Origin: Octopus vulgaris | Taxonomy: Eukaryota | DNA length: 64,000 nucleotides | Direction of reading: 5' to 3' | NCBI GenBank assembly: GCA_951406725.2 | Contig: OX597830.1 | Location: 14,508,001 to 14,572,000 of the forward strand | Notes under the pieces: model-generated | Databases searched by the model: none | Told to the model about the DNA's origin: nothing | Seen by the model: only the letters and a program-made list of their open reading frames with translations | Translations under genes and position numbers: made by a program | Part shown: positions 38,743 to 53,875 of the stretch, piece by piece | Layout: each line of letters opens with the position of its first letter | Numbering within the stretch: the stretch's first letter is position 1

Positions 38743-38986
38743 TGGGCTGGACACGTTGCCCGGCTCACCGATAATCGGTGGACGCACGCAGTTGTCGAGT
38801 GGTACCCGCGTGAGCGGAAAAGACCACCGGAAGACCTCCACGACGGTGGAGTGAAGATTTCAAGAGGACTATTGGGATCACGTGGATGAGAAAGGCGCGA
38901 TCCAGGGAGGAGTGGACAGCGTGCTGTGACCAGCGGTGTCAAATGGACGCCTGGCGGACTGGTCAGTCAAATTGATCAAAGTGATA
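38740..38986 (+). mobile_element. RTE-clade LINE 3' fragment in (TA)n
   Basis: WAGHVARLTDNRWTHAVVEWYPRERKRPP/RPPRRWSEDF (one frameshift). Confidence 0.85.
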
Positions 38987-39461
38987 TATATATATACACA
39001 CACACACATATACATGTATTTATCCACACATACATATAAGATAATCTATTTTATCTGACGAAATGGCTCAAATGCAAGACTATGTAATAGTGTTGAGTCA
39101 CTTAATTAATGAACCAATCACTCATTCAGTCCTTTAAAATATTTATCTGTCAATTTATTCAGTTAATTACTTTTAACGTTATATTTAAGAGGTGTGGGGT
39201 GGGCGGGTGTGGTTTATTAAGCTATGAATAGAATGAGGGTAGGTAACTCTGGGTTATTGAGGTCTATAATTAGAATAAAAACATACTCAAAAAGTTAGGT
39301 ACAATATTCAATCAATCAATCAACTTATCAGTCAGCTAATTAATTAATTAGTTAATCAATTAATCAATTTATTGGTTCTGTAATGGGGTTTCATATCCAT
39401 GCCTGTATCCATATACATACATATGTATATACAATATATACATACACATATCTATATACAA

Positions 39462-39495
<34 letters not shown>

Positions 39496-39499
39496 TCAC

Positions 39500-39554
<55 letters not shown>

Positions 39555-39589
39555 CACATATACATGTATACATCCACACATACATATAG

Positions 39590-39765
39590 GGCTATACTGA
39601 TTTCCCATTCACATTGTCTTCAAATTTGCAGCCAAAACTTTACCAATTTCCACGTATTTCACTCAAATTTGACGTCGATGTTACTTAGTTTGCTTTGAAA
39701 TAAAGAGCTTGATTAGCTTGATAATCCTAACTTAATCCCGAGCAAAGCCGGGCTATACTGCTAGT
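39590..39765 (-). mobile_element. Possible non-autonomous Helitron/Helentron-type (Lep1-like) 5' end
   Basis: Revcomp ACTAGCAGTATAGCCCGGCTTTGCTCGGG (CTAG start plus hairpin); similar starts at 35010 and 40514. Confidence 0.45.
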
Positions 39766-39919
39766 AAAAAAAAATAGTACGATGATGAAACCAAAAAGTA
39801 TCACAGAAAGATAGGAATTTTAGAAGAGATAAAAACTGCCAGCACAAAACTAGAAATGCTGATATGAATTTTATAGGGGTAACAAAGAGACACTGATGCC
39901 TATATATACATACATACAT

Positions 39920-39964
<45 letters not shown>

Positions 39965-40460
39965 GATTTCACTATTTAACATTGTATTTATGCTTTTAAG
40001 ATTTAGTATAAAACGTTTAAACATTTGTAAAATATTGAATGAATGGAAATTTAGCAATTTGAAGTGGACAAATATGTATTAACCTACTTCAGAATTGTAT
40101 TAAAGATTACAACGAATTGTTGTGCGTATGTGTGAGTATACATTTAAGCGTACATGTATATATACATATATATATATGTGTGTGTGTTTGTGCGTGTGTG
40201 TGTGTATATGTGCGCATGTACACACACATGTATATCTATCTATGTATATATTTATATATGCATGTATCTACATATGCGTATATATATGTGCATGTATATA
40301 TGCATATATATATATATAGATATATTTAAGTATATACATAAATGTGTGTGTATGTATATGTAAGCATTTATATATATAAATATATATATATAAATGCATG
40401 CCTGTGTATATATATATATGTGTGTACATATATATGTATACACACACATACACACACACG

Positions 40461-40505
<45 letters not shown>

Positions 40506-40513
40506 ATGTATGT

Positions 40514-40932
40514 ACTAGCAGAGATATCCGGTGTTGCTCGTGTCACACAGAATTGAAGAATTCGACTTTTCCTTTATATTTTCTCTAATGAACTGGAATA
40601 TCTATGATTCGAATTTCATGAAACTTGGAGATTAAGATTTTTAAGGTGTTTTCTTTCCCTCTTTACACACCATCAGAAAAATTCTAATCATGACATATTT
40701 ATCCCATACTACTCATCTTTCTGTCCAGATTCCAAAATCCAAATCTTATAAAAGCCTTTCAAAGGTTTTTGCTCCTGCAAAATGGAGCACATGGAGCACA
40801 TGAAGCTCTAAAATTTGGGAGTCAAGGCCCCTATTAGGGGATTTTAAAGTCAACATGAGAAGTTGAATTGTTGGGAATCTCTTTTATCTTGTGTCTTATA
40901 CCTATTGTTCAAATTTCTTTTATATATATGAA
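40514..40932 (+). mobile_element. Possible non-autonomous Helitron/Helentron-type element
   Basis: ACTAGCAGAGATATCCGGTGTTGCTCG start; TTTTATATATAT end. Confidence 0.45.
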
Positions 40933-41434
40933 TATATATCGAGAGCAAAGCTAGAGGAAACCAAAAGACGAATGATCTCAATAAGCAGTCAGTTATCCTA
41001 TACTAGTCGTTACCACTCTCCAATGTAGGATCCTTCACCATACAGGTGACCGGCACAGCCGTAAGTTGCATTAGGGATCTATATCAATTGGAAAGGCGTG
41101 ACCCAACTCAAATAAACCTTAACAACTATGTGATGTGAGGGCTAAGGGGAAATGGAAGTGTCACCTCTGGAGTTTGCCAACGATCACTATGTCGATAGGG
41201 AACTGAACAGAATAAATTTGCTTTCTATAAATCTCTTGGAATGACCAATCACTTATCTGGAAAGGCCTTGAAAACAATCTTACCATCTGGGAACTATCTC
41301 TAATCCAGTGATAATGAAACATTCAAAGAAGGTCTACAACCAAATAACTTTACTCAAAATGACACTTTGCAACTGAATCAGGGGAGGCAAAGATGCTTCT
41401 CCTTTACTTGACAATTTATGGACTACATTGCATA

Positions 41435-41474
41435 ATACTAATAATAATCGATAATAATAAGAATAATGATGATG

Positions 41475-41557
<83 letters not shown>

Positions 41558-41560
41558 AAT

Positions 41561-41633
<73 letters not shown>
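41435..41633. repeat. (AAT)n microsatellite
   Basis: Seen directly. Confidence 0.95.
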
Positions 41634-41635
41634 TG

Positions 41636-42188
41636 CCCTGATGCAGTACAAGGCAATGGCTCTCATGGCTTCTGATCTTAACTGATTGGAAGTGTTATCA
41701 TGTACATTGTTTTGTCTTGGTATAAAAGATGGGCTACAGCAAATATTTTGCTCAATACCACAGATTTGCTTGTCAGTTGTTTGACCGTAACCAGTTGAGC
41801 AAGTCCCTTGGTGGCTGACGATATGTACATCTCTGATCACAAGCAGAAGTTGTGGGGGAGTATCATAACCGTGTGTTGAGAGGGATTCTTACATGTTTGG
41901 ATAATTCACCTTTGGAAACATGGGTGGCTCCTTCAACATCCTTAAACAATCATTATTCAGGGACCTTTTGAGCGGTATGGGCTACTCGACCAGAAGAAAA
42001 TTCTAACTGGGCCCCACCTGCAAGGTCATGCACTGTTTATATTGATATGAGATCACCATGTCACACACATATGGTTGTGATGCATGTGCTTGGTGTACCC
42101 TTATCAAACGGGTAGTCATGATGGGTATACTAGGCTTAGTATATTTTACTCCAGTGTCACTTTGATGGTATGCTCTGCTCTCTCACTC
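41636..42188. mobile_element. Unclassified ~550-bp interspersed element flanked by (AAT)n
   Basis: (AAT)n on both sides; internal GCAAATATTTTGCTCAATACCACAGATTTG..TTTGACCGTAACCA recurs at about 57683-57740. Confidence 0.5.
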
Positions 42189-42341
<153 letters not shown>

Positions 42342-42342
42342 A

Positions 42343-44354
42343 CATATGCATTCATGGAGAAGAACGATATTTTTCCCATCGAACAAAAAGGGTGCCGCCG
42401 AGGCTCTTACGGATGCAAAGATCAACTGCTAATCAACCGTATGATCCTTGAGAACTGTCACAACAAGCGCAGAAATCTCAGCACCGCATGGATTGACTAT
42501 AAAAAGGCCTTCGACAGTATACCGCATCCATGGATCTTGAGATCGCTGGACATCTTCAAAATTTCCCCTGTGATTTCAAACTTCCTGAAGCACAATATGT
42601 CGTTGTGGAATACGAATCTCCAATTATACCACTCTAATGGAGTACTTACCTCAGAAAATATAAACATCAACTGTGGAATTTTTCAAGGAGACTCACTTTC
42701 ACCTTTAATATTCTGCATAGCCCTAATACCCCTTACAAGTGAATTAAACAGAACAGGGTATGGGTATAAAATTGCCAATAAAAAAATAAGCCATCTATTT
42801 TATATGGATGACTTAAAACTTTATGGTAAAGACAATAATGAACTTGAAGGCCTATTGCGCACCGTGAAAGCATTCAGCGATGACATCGGGATGGAGTTTG
42901 GACTTGAGAAGTGTGCCAAGGCCACTTTCCAGAAAGGGAAAGTGAAGACCACAAATTCAGTCGTGTTAGATGTTGACACAGTCATAAGAGAGCTTGAGCA
43001 AGAACAAACATACAAATATTTAGGGATAAATGAAGGCTCTGGTATTCAGCATGCAAGCATGAAAGAGAAGATCAGGAAGGAATGTTATAGGAGAGTTCGT
43101 GCAGTCCTGAAATCTGAACTAAATGCACGTAACAAGGTGTTAGCTATAAATTCCTTAGCAGTTCCAGTTGTTACTTATAGCTACAATGTGTTGAACTGGA
43201 ATATGAGTGAAGTAAAGAATATAGATAGGAAAATACGCAAGCTGCTGAGTTGTAATAGGATGCACCACCCAAAGGCAGACGTAGATCGCCTTTACCTTCC
43301 CAGAGCCCAAGGAGGTCGAGGCCTGATCCAATTTGAACTAGCTTACAAAACAACCACAATTGGACTGGCCAAATATCTCGAAATATCGAATGACTGGATG
43401 CTAAAGCTCGTGGAAAATCACGAGAGACGAAAGAAGCTTCATTCTATTATAAAGGAAAGCAAAAAATTTGCTATTGATCTCGTGCAGGATACCCAAACTG
43501 AACAACCCGAGGGAAGTACGGCAACTATTGTTGCAAAGAAGGTGAAAATGATGGCAACGAAAAAAGCGCACGAGCAATTTGCTGATAGGTGGGAGGAGAA
43601 ACCTCTGCACGGCAAATATGTGACCCGCAGCAAACAAGCTGATGTTGACCAGAAGCAAACCCATCAGTGGCTACGGAGTTCTGGGCTAAAAGCAGAGAGC
43701 GAAGGTTTCATCCTGGCTGCTCAAGATCAAAGCCTATTAACCCGGAACTACCAGGCCAATGTGATGAAAAATGGAGCAGACCCAAAATGCCGATTCTGCA
43801 ACGACATGATTGAAACAGTGGACCATCTAATCTCTGGATGTAAAGTCTTAGCACCAGTGGAGTATAAATTAAGACATGACAGAGTTGGCCAATATCTACA
43901 CTGGCTAATAAGTCGGCATTACAATATCAAAACTGCCGACAAGTGGTATAATCACCACCCTGAGGCTGTAACTGAAGGAGAAAATGTAACCATTCTGTGG
44001 GACTTTCCAGTACATACAGACCGAACCATCAAGGCCAATAAACCAGATATTGTTGTGAAAGACCAAAACAATAAAGTATGCTTATTGATCGACATGAGCA
44101 TCCCCTGTGATCATAATATCTCAGCGAAAGAGTTTGACAAGCTCAGAAAATATAAAGACCTACTCATTGAAATTGAGAAAATGTGGCATCTCAAGGCGGT
44201 TACAATACCAGTGATCGTAGGAGCACTAGGAATGATCAAGAAGGGAACCGAAAATTATATGAGAATGATCCCTGGCTTACCATCCCTGCAAGAAGTGCAA
44301 AAGATTGTCTTAACTGGTACATCACACGTATTGAGAAGAGCATTGTCGATGTGA
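42343..44354 (+). CDS. Reverse transcriptase plus restriction-like endonuclease of an R4/Dong-clade non-LTR retrotransposon (5'-truncated, frame intact)
   Basis: QKGC, WIDYKKAFDSIPH, GIFQGDSLSP, YMDD, YKYLG; CRFC..ETVDHLISGC knuckle; RHD; KPDIVV..IDMSIP..K..KY; no stops over ~670 codons. The poly-N/K N-terminus in the track is microsatellite. Confidence 0.92.
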
Positions 44355-44530
44355 GAACTGTTGCTGCTCATGTATTTTAATTTAACTTTAAAAAAAAAAA
44401 AAAAAAAATGAACGAACTATTGAGTTTGGTTTAATGGCCTACCAATGTATACTATGAGTTTCTTTGCCCTAGGAGTCGGGAAGACACTCGGCAAGAAATG
44501 GAAGCAAATTTGAAAGAAGAAAAAAAAAAA
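42343..44530 (+). mobile_element. R4/Dong retrotransposon copy with 3' UTR and A tail, in (AAT)n
   Basis: Ends GAAAGAAG(A)n directly followed by (TAA)n; Dong elements are known to target (TAA)n. Confidence 0.9.
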
Positions 44531-44601
44531 TAATAATAATAATAATAACTGGCAACAGGATGGGAGAATAACCGGATCTGTGAGCCGAGTTGTTGTGACG
44601 C

Positions 44602-44880
44602 TAAATAAGTACCAGTTATGCACTGGGGTCGATATAATCGATTTAATCCGTTTGTCTGTCCTTGTTTTTCCTCTCTGTGTTTAGCCCCTTCGGCGTAATA
44701 AAGAAATACATATTTCGCTCATCTTTAGGTTCTGAGTTGAAATTCCATCGAGGTCGAATTTGCCTTTCATCCATTCGGGGTCGATAAATTAAGTACCCGT
44801 CAAGTACTGGGGTCGATGTAAACGACTAGTCCCCTCCCACTAAATTCAGGCCTCGTGACTTTAGTAGAAAGGATTATTAT
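44602..44880 (+). mobile_element. Composite family A SINE: young 3' half fused to an internal site of an older subfamily
   Basis: ...GTAATAAAGAAATA|CATATTTCGCTCATCTTTAGGTTCTGAGTT at about 44708. Confidence 0.75.
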
Positions 44881-45345
44881 TATTATTATCATCATCATTA
44901 TTATCAATGATCTACAAAAGTATTCGAGACACATTCAAGCAAAACTTACAATCACACACACACATACGCCCGCACACATAAATGCACACTCACTTACACA
45001 CACACCTGCACCCATATACAGATGCAAACACATTCATATATATGTGTGTGTGTGTGTGTGTGTATGTATTTATTTATTTAAGCATCAAGAGAAAATGTTT
45101 GTAACAAGAACGCCAAGACAACAAAACACAATTTCAGTTTGGTCATGTTCTTGACTGTACCGGCGGGCAATGCTGCAAGAAAAATGAATACGATAAACTG
45201 TTATTACAGTATGAGTGGAATAATTTATTATTTTCCCATGTATGGAGTATGTTATAACACAACTAGACACAACTATAACACTAGCAGCACGACAAACAGA
45301 GCACTAACAGTATCACATCTGTATATTTCATGTAATAAGACATAT

Positions 45346-45731
45346 GCGCAGGAGTGGCTGTGTGGTAAGTAGCTTGCTAACCAACCACACGGTTGCGGGT
45401 TCAGTCCCACTGCGTGGCATCTTGGGCAAGTGTCTTCTGCTATAGCCCCGGGCCGACCAATGCCTTGTGAGTGGATTTGGTAGACGGAAACTGAAAGAAG
45501 CCTGTCGTATATATGTATATATATATATATATATAAGTGTGTGTGAATATGTTTGTGTGTCTGTGTTTGTTCCCCTAGCATTGCTTGACAACCGATGCTG
45601 GTGTGTTTGCGTCCCCGTCACTTAGCGGTTCGGCAAAAAGGGACCGATATAATAAGTACTAAAAGGTGGTGCTCCAGCATGGCCGCAGTCAAATGACTGA
45701 AACAAGAAAAAGAGTAAAAGAGTAAAGAGTA
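45346..45731 (+). mobile_element. SINE family B with internal deletion
   Basis: Head and tail as 9088-9499; jumps from AAGTACT to AAAGGTGGTGCTCC. Confidence 0.88.
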
Positions 45732-45734
45732 TAC

Positions 45735-45985
45735 AGACGAGGCTAATATTAAACGCCTTTATTGAAATATGTCGTAAAGCGGGGCTGAGAAAGATCAACA
45801 AATGCAGGTTGGCCGCTATCAGTTTGTGCCAGTCGCTATCAAGATGTCAGATATTCTACGACCCCGTACAACCGATTTCCTCCGAATTATAAGGATAACA
45901 TCGGCCCGTCGGAGAAATGGGCGCTGCGAGGTGCAGCGAGTGTTGTTGGCCATTCTTTGCGGCAACAGCATCGGTCACAATTGAG
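45735..45985 (+). mobile_element. CRE-like (RLE-type) non-LTR C-terminal fragment
   Basis: RYQFVPVAI...PRTTDFLR...QRVLLAILCGNS resembles the F.P.A.ET.G..G...FL...QR.S.A..RGN motif of CRE-clade proteins. Confidence 0.6.
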
Positions 45986-46185
45986 TGCACCATTTGTTAC
46001 GAAGGAAATGGCCCATCGCCCCTCCACTTCCACCTTATTTCCTTCCACTTTTTTCTTTTCCTTGCTTATCTCTCCTTTTTCCTGTTTCTTTGTGTTTGAA
46101 TGTTATAAACGTTTACTCCCCCACCCCCAAATTGCAGATATTGTAAGAGCAACTTTTACCCTATTCACAGGTGGTACACTATAAA

Positions 46186-47112
46186 GCAGAATTCTGGTTT
46201 GAGTATCCTATATAACCCCTCATATCTTTTTTATGTTTTGGCATTTTCAGAAATAAACATACGATTATGCAAAAAAAAAAAAATCTTTTGTACTTGTGAT
46301 TTAAGGGCGATTTAGCTGTTCTTTTCAGCATATCCCACGACCAGGTGATACCTTCCTCGTATCTTTCTCACTCTAACATGTAGTGATGTTTTTCAATATT
46401 TTTCTACCCATAAACACATTTAATGGAATGATGATGCACCCAAGAGTGCTCCACTCTCTTTTACTCTTTTCTCTTTTACTTGTTTCAGTCATTTGACTGT
46501 GGCCATGCTGGAGCACCGCCTTTTTAGTCGAGTAAATCGACCCCAGGACTTATTTTTTGTTAGCCCAGTACTTATTCTATCAGTCTCTTTTGCTGAACCG
46601 CTACGTTACGAGGACGTAAACACACCACCATCGGTTGTCAAGCAATGGTGCGGGGACAAACACAGACACACAAACATATACACACATACATATATATACA
46701 TATATAAGACGGGCTTCTTTCAGTTTCCGTCTACCAAATCCACTCACAAGGCTTTGGTCGGCCCGAGGCTATAGCAGAAGACACTTGCCCAAGGTGCCAC
46801 TCAGTGGGAATGAACCCGGAACCATGTGGTTGGTAAGCAAGCTACTTACCACACAGCCACTGGGATTTAAGCAAAAACTTTGCACTGTCGGTATTTTAAA
46901 CCCTGCTTTTTAAAAAATTCAGAAAAGAGTAGGACTTTTAGGATTTATGAGGTGGGGTGGTTTAAAAAATTAAAAAAAAAGCAATTTTTTCTTTCGTAAT
47001 TTTATAAATTTCCACCCAGGTGTAGAAAACTAATTCGCAATTTTTTTTTAAAAACTCCAAAAAATGAAAAAGTTATGATTGTTTATATGGGGTGCCTAAA
47101 CCAGAATTCCGC
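46186..47112. mobile_element. Old MITE with ~70-bp imperfect TIRs, containing a SINE B insertion
   Basis: GCAGAATTCTGGTTTGAGTATCCTATATAA versus revcomp GCGGAATTCTGGTTTAGGCACCCCATATAA. Confidence 0.6.
46455..46862 (-). mobile_element. SINE family B
   Basis: Reverse complement of the 9088-9499 family. Confidence 0.9.
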
Positions 47113-47149
47113 CGCTATCGTTGAACCCAATTCTCAAATCTACTGAACA

Positions 47150-47790
47150 TCCCAGGTGTTCACTATTGTACCCTTTGCTCCACAGCCACCTTTATTTCGA
47201 ACGTGTCAAAAATTGTAGTCCTCGAAGACTTATACTTCATGAAGTCGAACTTGTGTAAGTCGGAGAATTAGTGATCCAGAGTGTAGGGTAGATGGGGGTG
47301 TCACTGGCCACTACAATTTTCTCCATTGCTTGATTTGTTGCCAAAGACGTTTGAGATCACGTGTTGTTAGGGTGAACGGGAAGTACTTTCAGCTTCCGGT
47401 TCAATCTCTTCTTCTTTCTGGCTCTTCTAAACTTTTTTTTTTAAATATAGCAATGCGTAGCTCTCAGTTCACGGTGCGCTGTTTGTATCCCGAAACACTC
47501 AACAAAGCATTTATTACGACTTTCTGTAACAATTCCTGGCACTTGAACTTTTATGCTTTGGAAAAATGGTGTGATGCAATCGCATCGGCCGAACCTTTGT
47601 TTTCGGAACACATAGATTCGCCCACGTTGCATCACCTGTCGCCAGATCTGAAATAATATAATGCATTGAGAAAACAGTGCAGTTTCGCAGCAATCTCATA
47701 GATTGCGATTCGACTGTCCACGTGAACTATTTCGTCCAATCTCTGGCGATTCGTGTCAGTGTTCGCAGATGATGATGGCTATCCATTGTG
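47150..47790 (-). mobile_element. Degraded mariner transposase relic
   Basis: Minus translation QRLDEIVHVDSRIAIYEIAAKL; TGDATW; HLPYTLD..SDLHKF (YSPDL-like). Confidence 0.7.
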
Positions 47791-48284
47791 TATTCTGACT
47801 TCAAAACTAAATTTCCCTGCTTTAAGCTTAAATCTGTTCACATTGCACTTGTCAGTGGCATTATGTCTGCAAATGACATGTAGCCTTCTATGAATGTTGG
47901 ATAGCCAGCACCCTTCCTTTGAGAAGAACTTCAAGATGGCAGGCAGATTCTAATTGGAAGCAATTATTTGTATGCCATGCAGAAGAACAGAAACAAGTGT
48001 TTGCAATTTAAAGGAAATATTTCTATGAATAAAGAAGTTATAACCAGTGTTACATTATATCCGGTATAACCATCCTCTGTGTTCGTGTATGTGTGTGTAT
48101 TTTTATATATACATATGCTTACAGACACGTGCGCTCTCAAACATATATATACGTACGTCCATACATATAAACATGCATATATATATATATATATATATAT
48201 ATGAACCATATCAAATATATATATATAAATAGATAGATAAATGAAAGAATGGAGTCGAACGACGATTTAACAAAATTCCTTTAT

Positions 48285-48365
48285 TCTCGACATATGTTTC
48301 GAAGACTGCATATTCTTAATTCCGAAGGAATAAAGGGTGCATTATGCCGTCTTCTCACCAGGAAA
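48285..48365 (-). ncRNA. Type I hammerhead motif with one core substitution
   Basis: Revcomp TTTC-CTGGTGA-GAAGACGGCATA...TATGCAGTCTTC-GAAA-CATATG-TC-GAGA; palindromic stem III ACATATGT. Confidence 0.6.
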
Positions 48366-48879
48366 GACAAGGAACTTATGTCAGCATCATGACGAACAAA
48401 AACTTTTAGATGACTGCCCGCACGGAGTCCATAATGATAATGAGTGTTTCTTTAAAATATTCCGTTATAAGCAGTGACGTCAAAATTGGTTGGATGGATA
48501 AGATTCTAAAAGGTTCAAGAGTTCAAAAATGGTTGGAAGGGGCAGGTTCTAAGAATAGGGGGTGACAGAGTGCAAGTCGTATGTATGGTGCTGCGTTATT
48601 GTTTGCTTTTGCCAATGAGATTGAGTGCCTATGTGTGTGTATGTATATAACTGCATTCGTGTCTATGTGTGTGTATATGTGTGCGTGATTGTTTGTGAGG
48701 GGGGATAAATGCCAAATATATCTAGTGGTGAAGTGACAGGTTTGTGTCTGTGTGTTTGATTGTGCTTATGATAGAGAGAGGGAGAATCTCATTTTTTTTT
48801 CTTTTTTGTATTTGCCATCGTACTCTTTCGATCATTGCTCAACATTCGTGACCATAAAAAAGGACAGGCACGAAACCAG

Positions 48880-49855
48880 TCGGTTGAAAAGGTAACTTGC
48901 TGACCAAGATCCTTTCAAGTACTGTGACCAAATGAGGTTTCTTTCATCAGTATTGCCCTGATGAAATAAGATCCCTTTCATTAGTTTTCATGGGTGTTTG
49001 GTCTTGATATCTTTTCGTAACTTTATCAGCAAGTTGGCATAGTACTCTGCATTGATGTTGTGGCCCTTCTTAGGATGGTCCATAAAAACAAGCCTTTTAC
49101 ATCCACAAACCTGAGACCATCACCTTTCCTGCCGATGAAATGACCTTCGCCTACTTTGGAGTAGGTGAGGGAGGTGTGTTCCCACTGCATGGATTGTGTT
49201 TTTGTCTAAAAGTGAAGAGTGCATCGGGCATCCTGGCTAATGAAACGTTCAAAGAAACCAGCTGCATCTGATTCAAACAATGTCAGATTTTTCCGTGATG
49301 TGTTCAGCCTGGGGCGTTTTTGACCAGGTCAGAAGACGTTATACCCATCGAGTATAAACCTTGGTCATGATAAGTTCATTGGGGAGAACATTTTCAACTG
49401 TCTTACGGGATTTATTTTAAATCCTCTATACTCCATCATCATGTGGGGAACACGATCAGTTTTCTTCGGTGGTGGTAGTTGCAGGACGTCCAGACCTCGG
49501 GTGATCTTCAAGAACCTCCCTTTCTCTCTTAAATGAAGCTGAACACTTTTACATTGTTGATAAAATTAAATCGTCATAATCTGATGTAGCAAGCATGTTA
49601 GCATGAACGTCTTTGGGTATAACAGTTTTCCTGCAGGTGCTTGATAATATCACGATGAAAAATTTTGTCCATTTTCAAGACAATTCGCTATTAATTACTT
49701 TTGGAGTCTTCTTTGCACATTCAGATGTCAGTTTGCCTGGAGTGGAACAATGCTGTAATCAATAAGAAGTGTTGAAATTGCTGGATGCAAGGTTTCACAG
49801 TTCTAGCGTCACTGCTTCACAGTAGGCTTAGGACTTCTTCTGCCCATCCTTGCAT
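48880..49855 (-). mobile_element. Degraded mariner element, start codon near 49672
   Basis: MDKIFHRDIIKHLQ...EDHPRSGRPAT...SMQWEH..SP..K.AKVISSAGKVM...HQGN with frameshifts. Confidence 0.85.
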
Positions 49856-50287
49856 GTGTATGTGTGTGTGTGTGTGTGTGTGTGCATAATCAAAATAAGA
49901 AGACAATGACATTTGTTAACACATCTTTAATGATTCATTGCAAAATGTTTCTGTACCAACTCCGCTAATCCCCTCTAAAATTTCGAAATGAAAATTTACG
50001 TAATGTTTGCGGTTTAGACATTAGAGAGGCATTTCATCAGACTTGCATCAAAAGTGTGCTTCCACAATGTGCGTCTTTCAGACATTGTTTTTTTTGTTTT
50101 TGCCTTATTATTAGGAATATAATTTACTCTTCGTAAAATCCCGCACAACGGTGTTTTCGTCGTGAAAGCAGGATTTTCTACACTTAAAGAATCTTGGCAT
50201 TGATCTGGAACTCGACAGTATTGATAACCTGGAATTCGGGTTGAGTACTTCTCTGGAAATACCCTACCTTTATACTCTACCAGGAAC

Positions 50288-50333
<46 letters not shown>

Positions 50334-50344
50334 CACACACACAA

Positions 50345-50443
<99 letters not shown>

Positions 50444-50454
50444 AACACACACAC

Positions 50455-50670
50455 ACTTTCAGTTTCAGTGACTTGATTGCAGCCATGCTGAAGCATGACC
50501 TTGAATTTCTTTTCTTTTTTTGTTAACTGGAACAAATCGACCCTAGTATCTATTCTATCGGTCTCTTTCTGCCGAAACGCTAAATTACGGTGACATAAAC
50601 ACACCAATACCGGTTGTCCAGCAGTAGTGGGGGACAAAACAGAAACACAGACACAAAGACACACATACAT
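50455..50670 (-). mobile_element. SINE family B 3' part, diverged
   Basis: TTTCAGTGACTTGATTGCAGCCATGCTG...TATTCTATCGGTCTCTTTCTGCCGAA. Confidence 0.75.
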
Positions 50671-50959
50671 GCAATGAGAGTAGACGAAACAGGGACAACT
50701 GAAGAAGGGGAATATTCCTTGTGTTGTATGTCCTGTACTCTGTTTTTTTTTTTTGTTGTTTGAAAAAAAGTTCGTTTCCATGGTTTTGTTTTTATGTTTT
50801 CGTTTCTCACTGTGATCAACGTATTTTTGATGTCCTGTATCCATATATGCATGTATATATACATATATATGTAGGTATGTACATATATGTATGAATATAT
50901 GCATATATTTACATATTATTTATATTATATATATATATATAAATGGTAATAATCTATGT

Positions 50960-52400
<1,441 letters not shown>

Positions 52401-52666
52401 GATAGGATTATGTGCTCCCAAACAATTTTCTTCATATATGTGTAAATTCAACCAGCTACCCATCCATCCCTCCATCCAGTCATCCATCCATCCATCTATC
52501 CATCCATCCATCCATCCAACCATCTAAACATTATTACATACACACACACTTGCACACACATACACACACATATATAAATATTTATTTATGTATATTTTAT
52601 ATATACGTGTGTGTACGTGTATGCATGTGTATCTAGATATATATGTATATTTATACATGTGTATAT

Positions 52667-52705
<39 letters not shown>

Positions 52706-52707
52706 TG

Positions 52708-52740
<33 letters not shown>

Positions 52741-52839
52741 GTGTGTGTATACATACATATATACATATATAGAGAGAGAGAGAGAAAGAGAGAAAAATAA
52801 CGAGAGATAGATGTACATATATAAATATATGCATGTAAT

Positions 52840-52938
<99 letters not shown>

Positions 52939-53779
52939 CACACACATGTATGCATACGCGCATATAAAGACATGCAGACACGCACGCACACATAACCAAG
53001 CACACATACATGTACTTTAATATACCTTTTTGAAAGTGGTTTTTGTAGTAATTTATTAACGCCTTTATTCTTGATTATTAAAGAACAAATCCTGAAAAAT
53101 GTTGATTATTTTCGTTTTGTTGTTATCAGAAGTTTCCCCTAACGAAAGATATGAATAAAATACTGAGTTGGAGAGGGTGGTGGTGTTCTAGAGTGTAGCA
53201 CCCTATACATATGTTTATTGATGAGAGAGCTTCCTCAGCAAACACAGTCATCATCGAATACACACGATTGCAAAAGAATTTCTATCGTGAATAGGAAAGA
53301 ACACGGAAAAACAGAAAACGAACAATGTGAAATAAATAAGCAACTAGTCTGTATCTTGCGGAAACAGCGACGTTGGAAAGGAAAAGTTGTGTGCGTTTCT
53401 TTGAAAAATATAAATCAAACGCCCGAGGAACCGAAGAAATAAAGAGAGCAGCTGTTAAATGAATAATTAAGAAGAAAACGCAGCAAAATAGCATTTGAAA
53501 TTAAACAAGAGAAAATGTTTATCATTATTTTTGTTGAATATGAGTCGGATAAAATATATGTTGGCTGTGTGTCGGGAAAGAGAAAAGAGAAAAAGGAGAT
53601 ATTGTCTAAATGCTCAGCAATATCACACCATTATGGAAGAAATCACCAAAACTTACGACATTAAACTAATTTATTTGCTTTATTTGCCTGGCTATTTAAT
53701 GGATATTTCCGCCCGCCACCTCCACCACTCCCTAACGCCTAATGACCAATAAATCATTCAGTAAAGATAAAGAATGACA

Positions 53780-53819
53780 AGAAAAACAACAATACAACTA
53801 CAACAACGACAACAATTAC

Positions 53820-53875
<56 letters not shown>

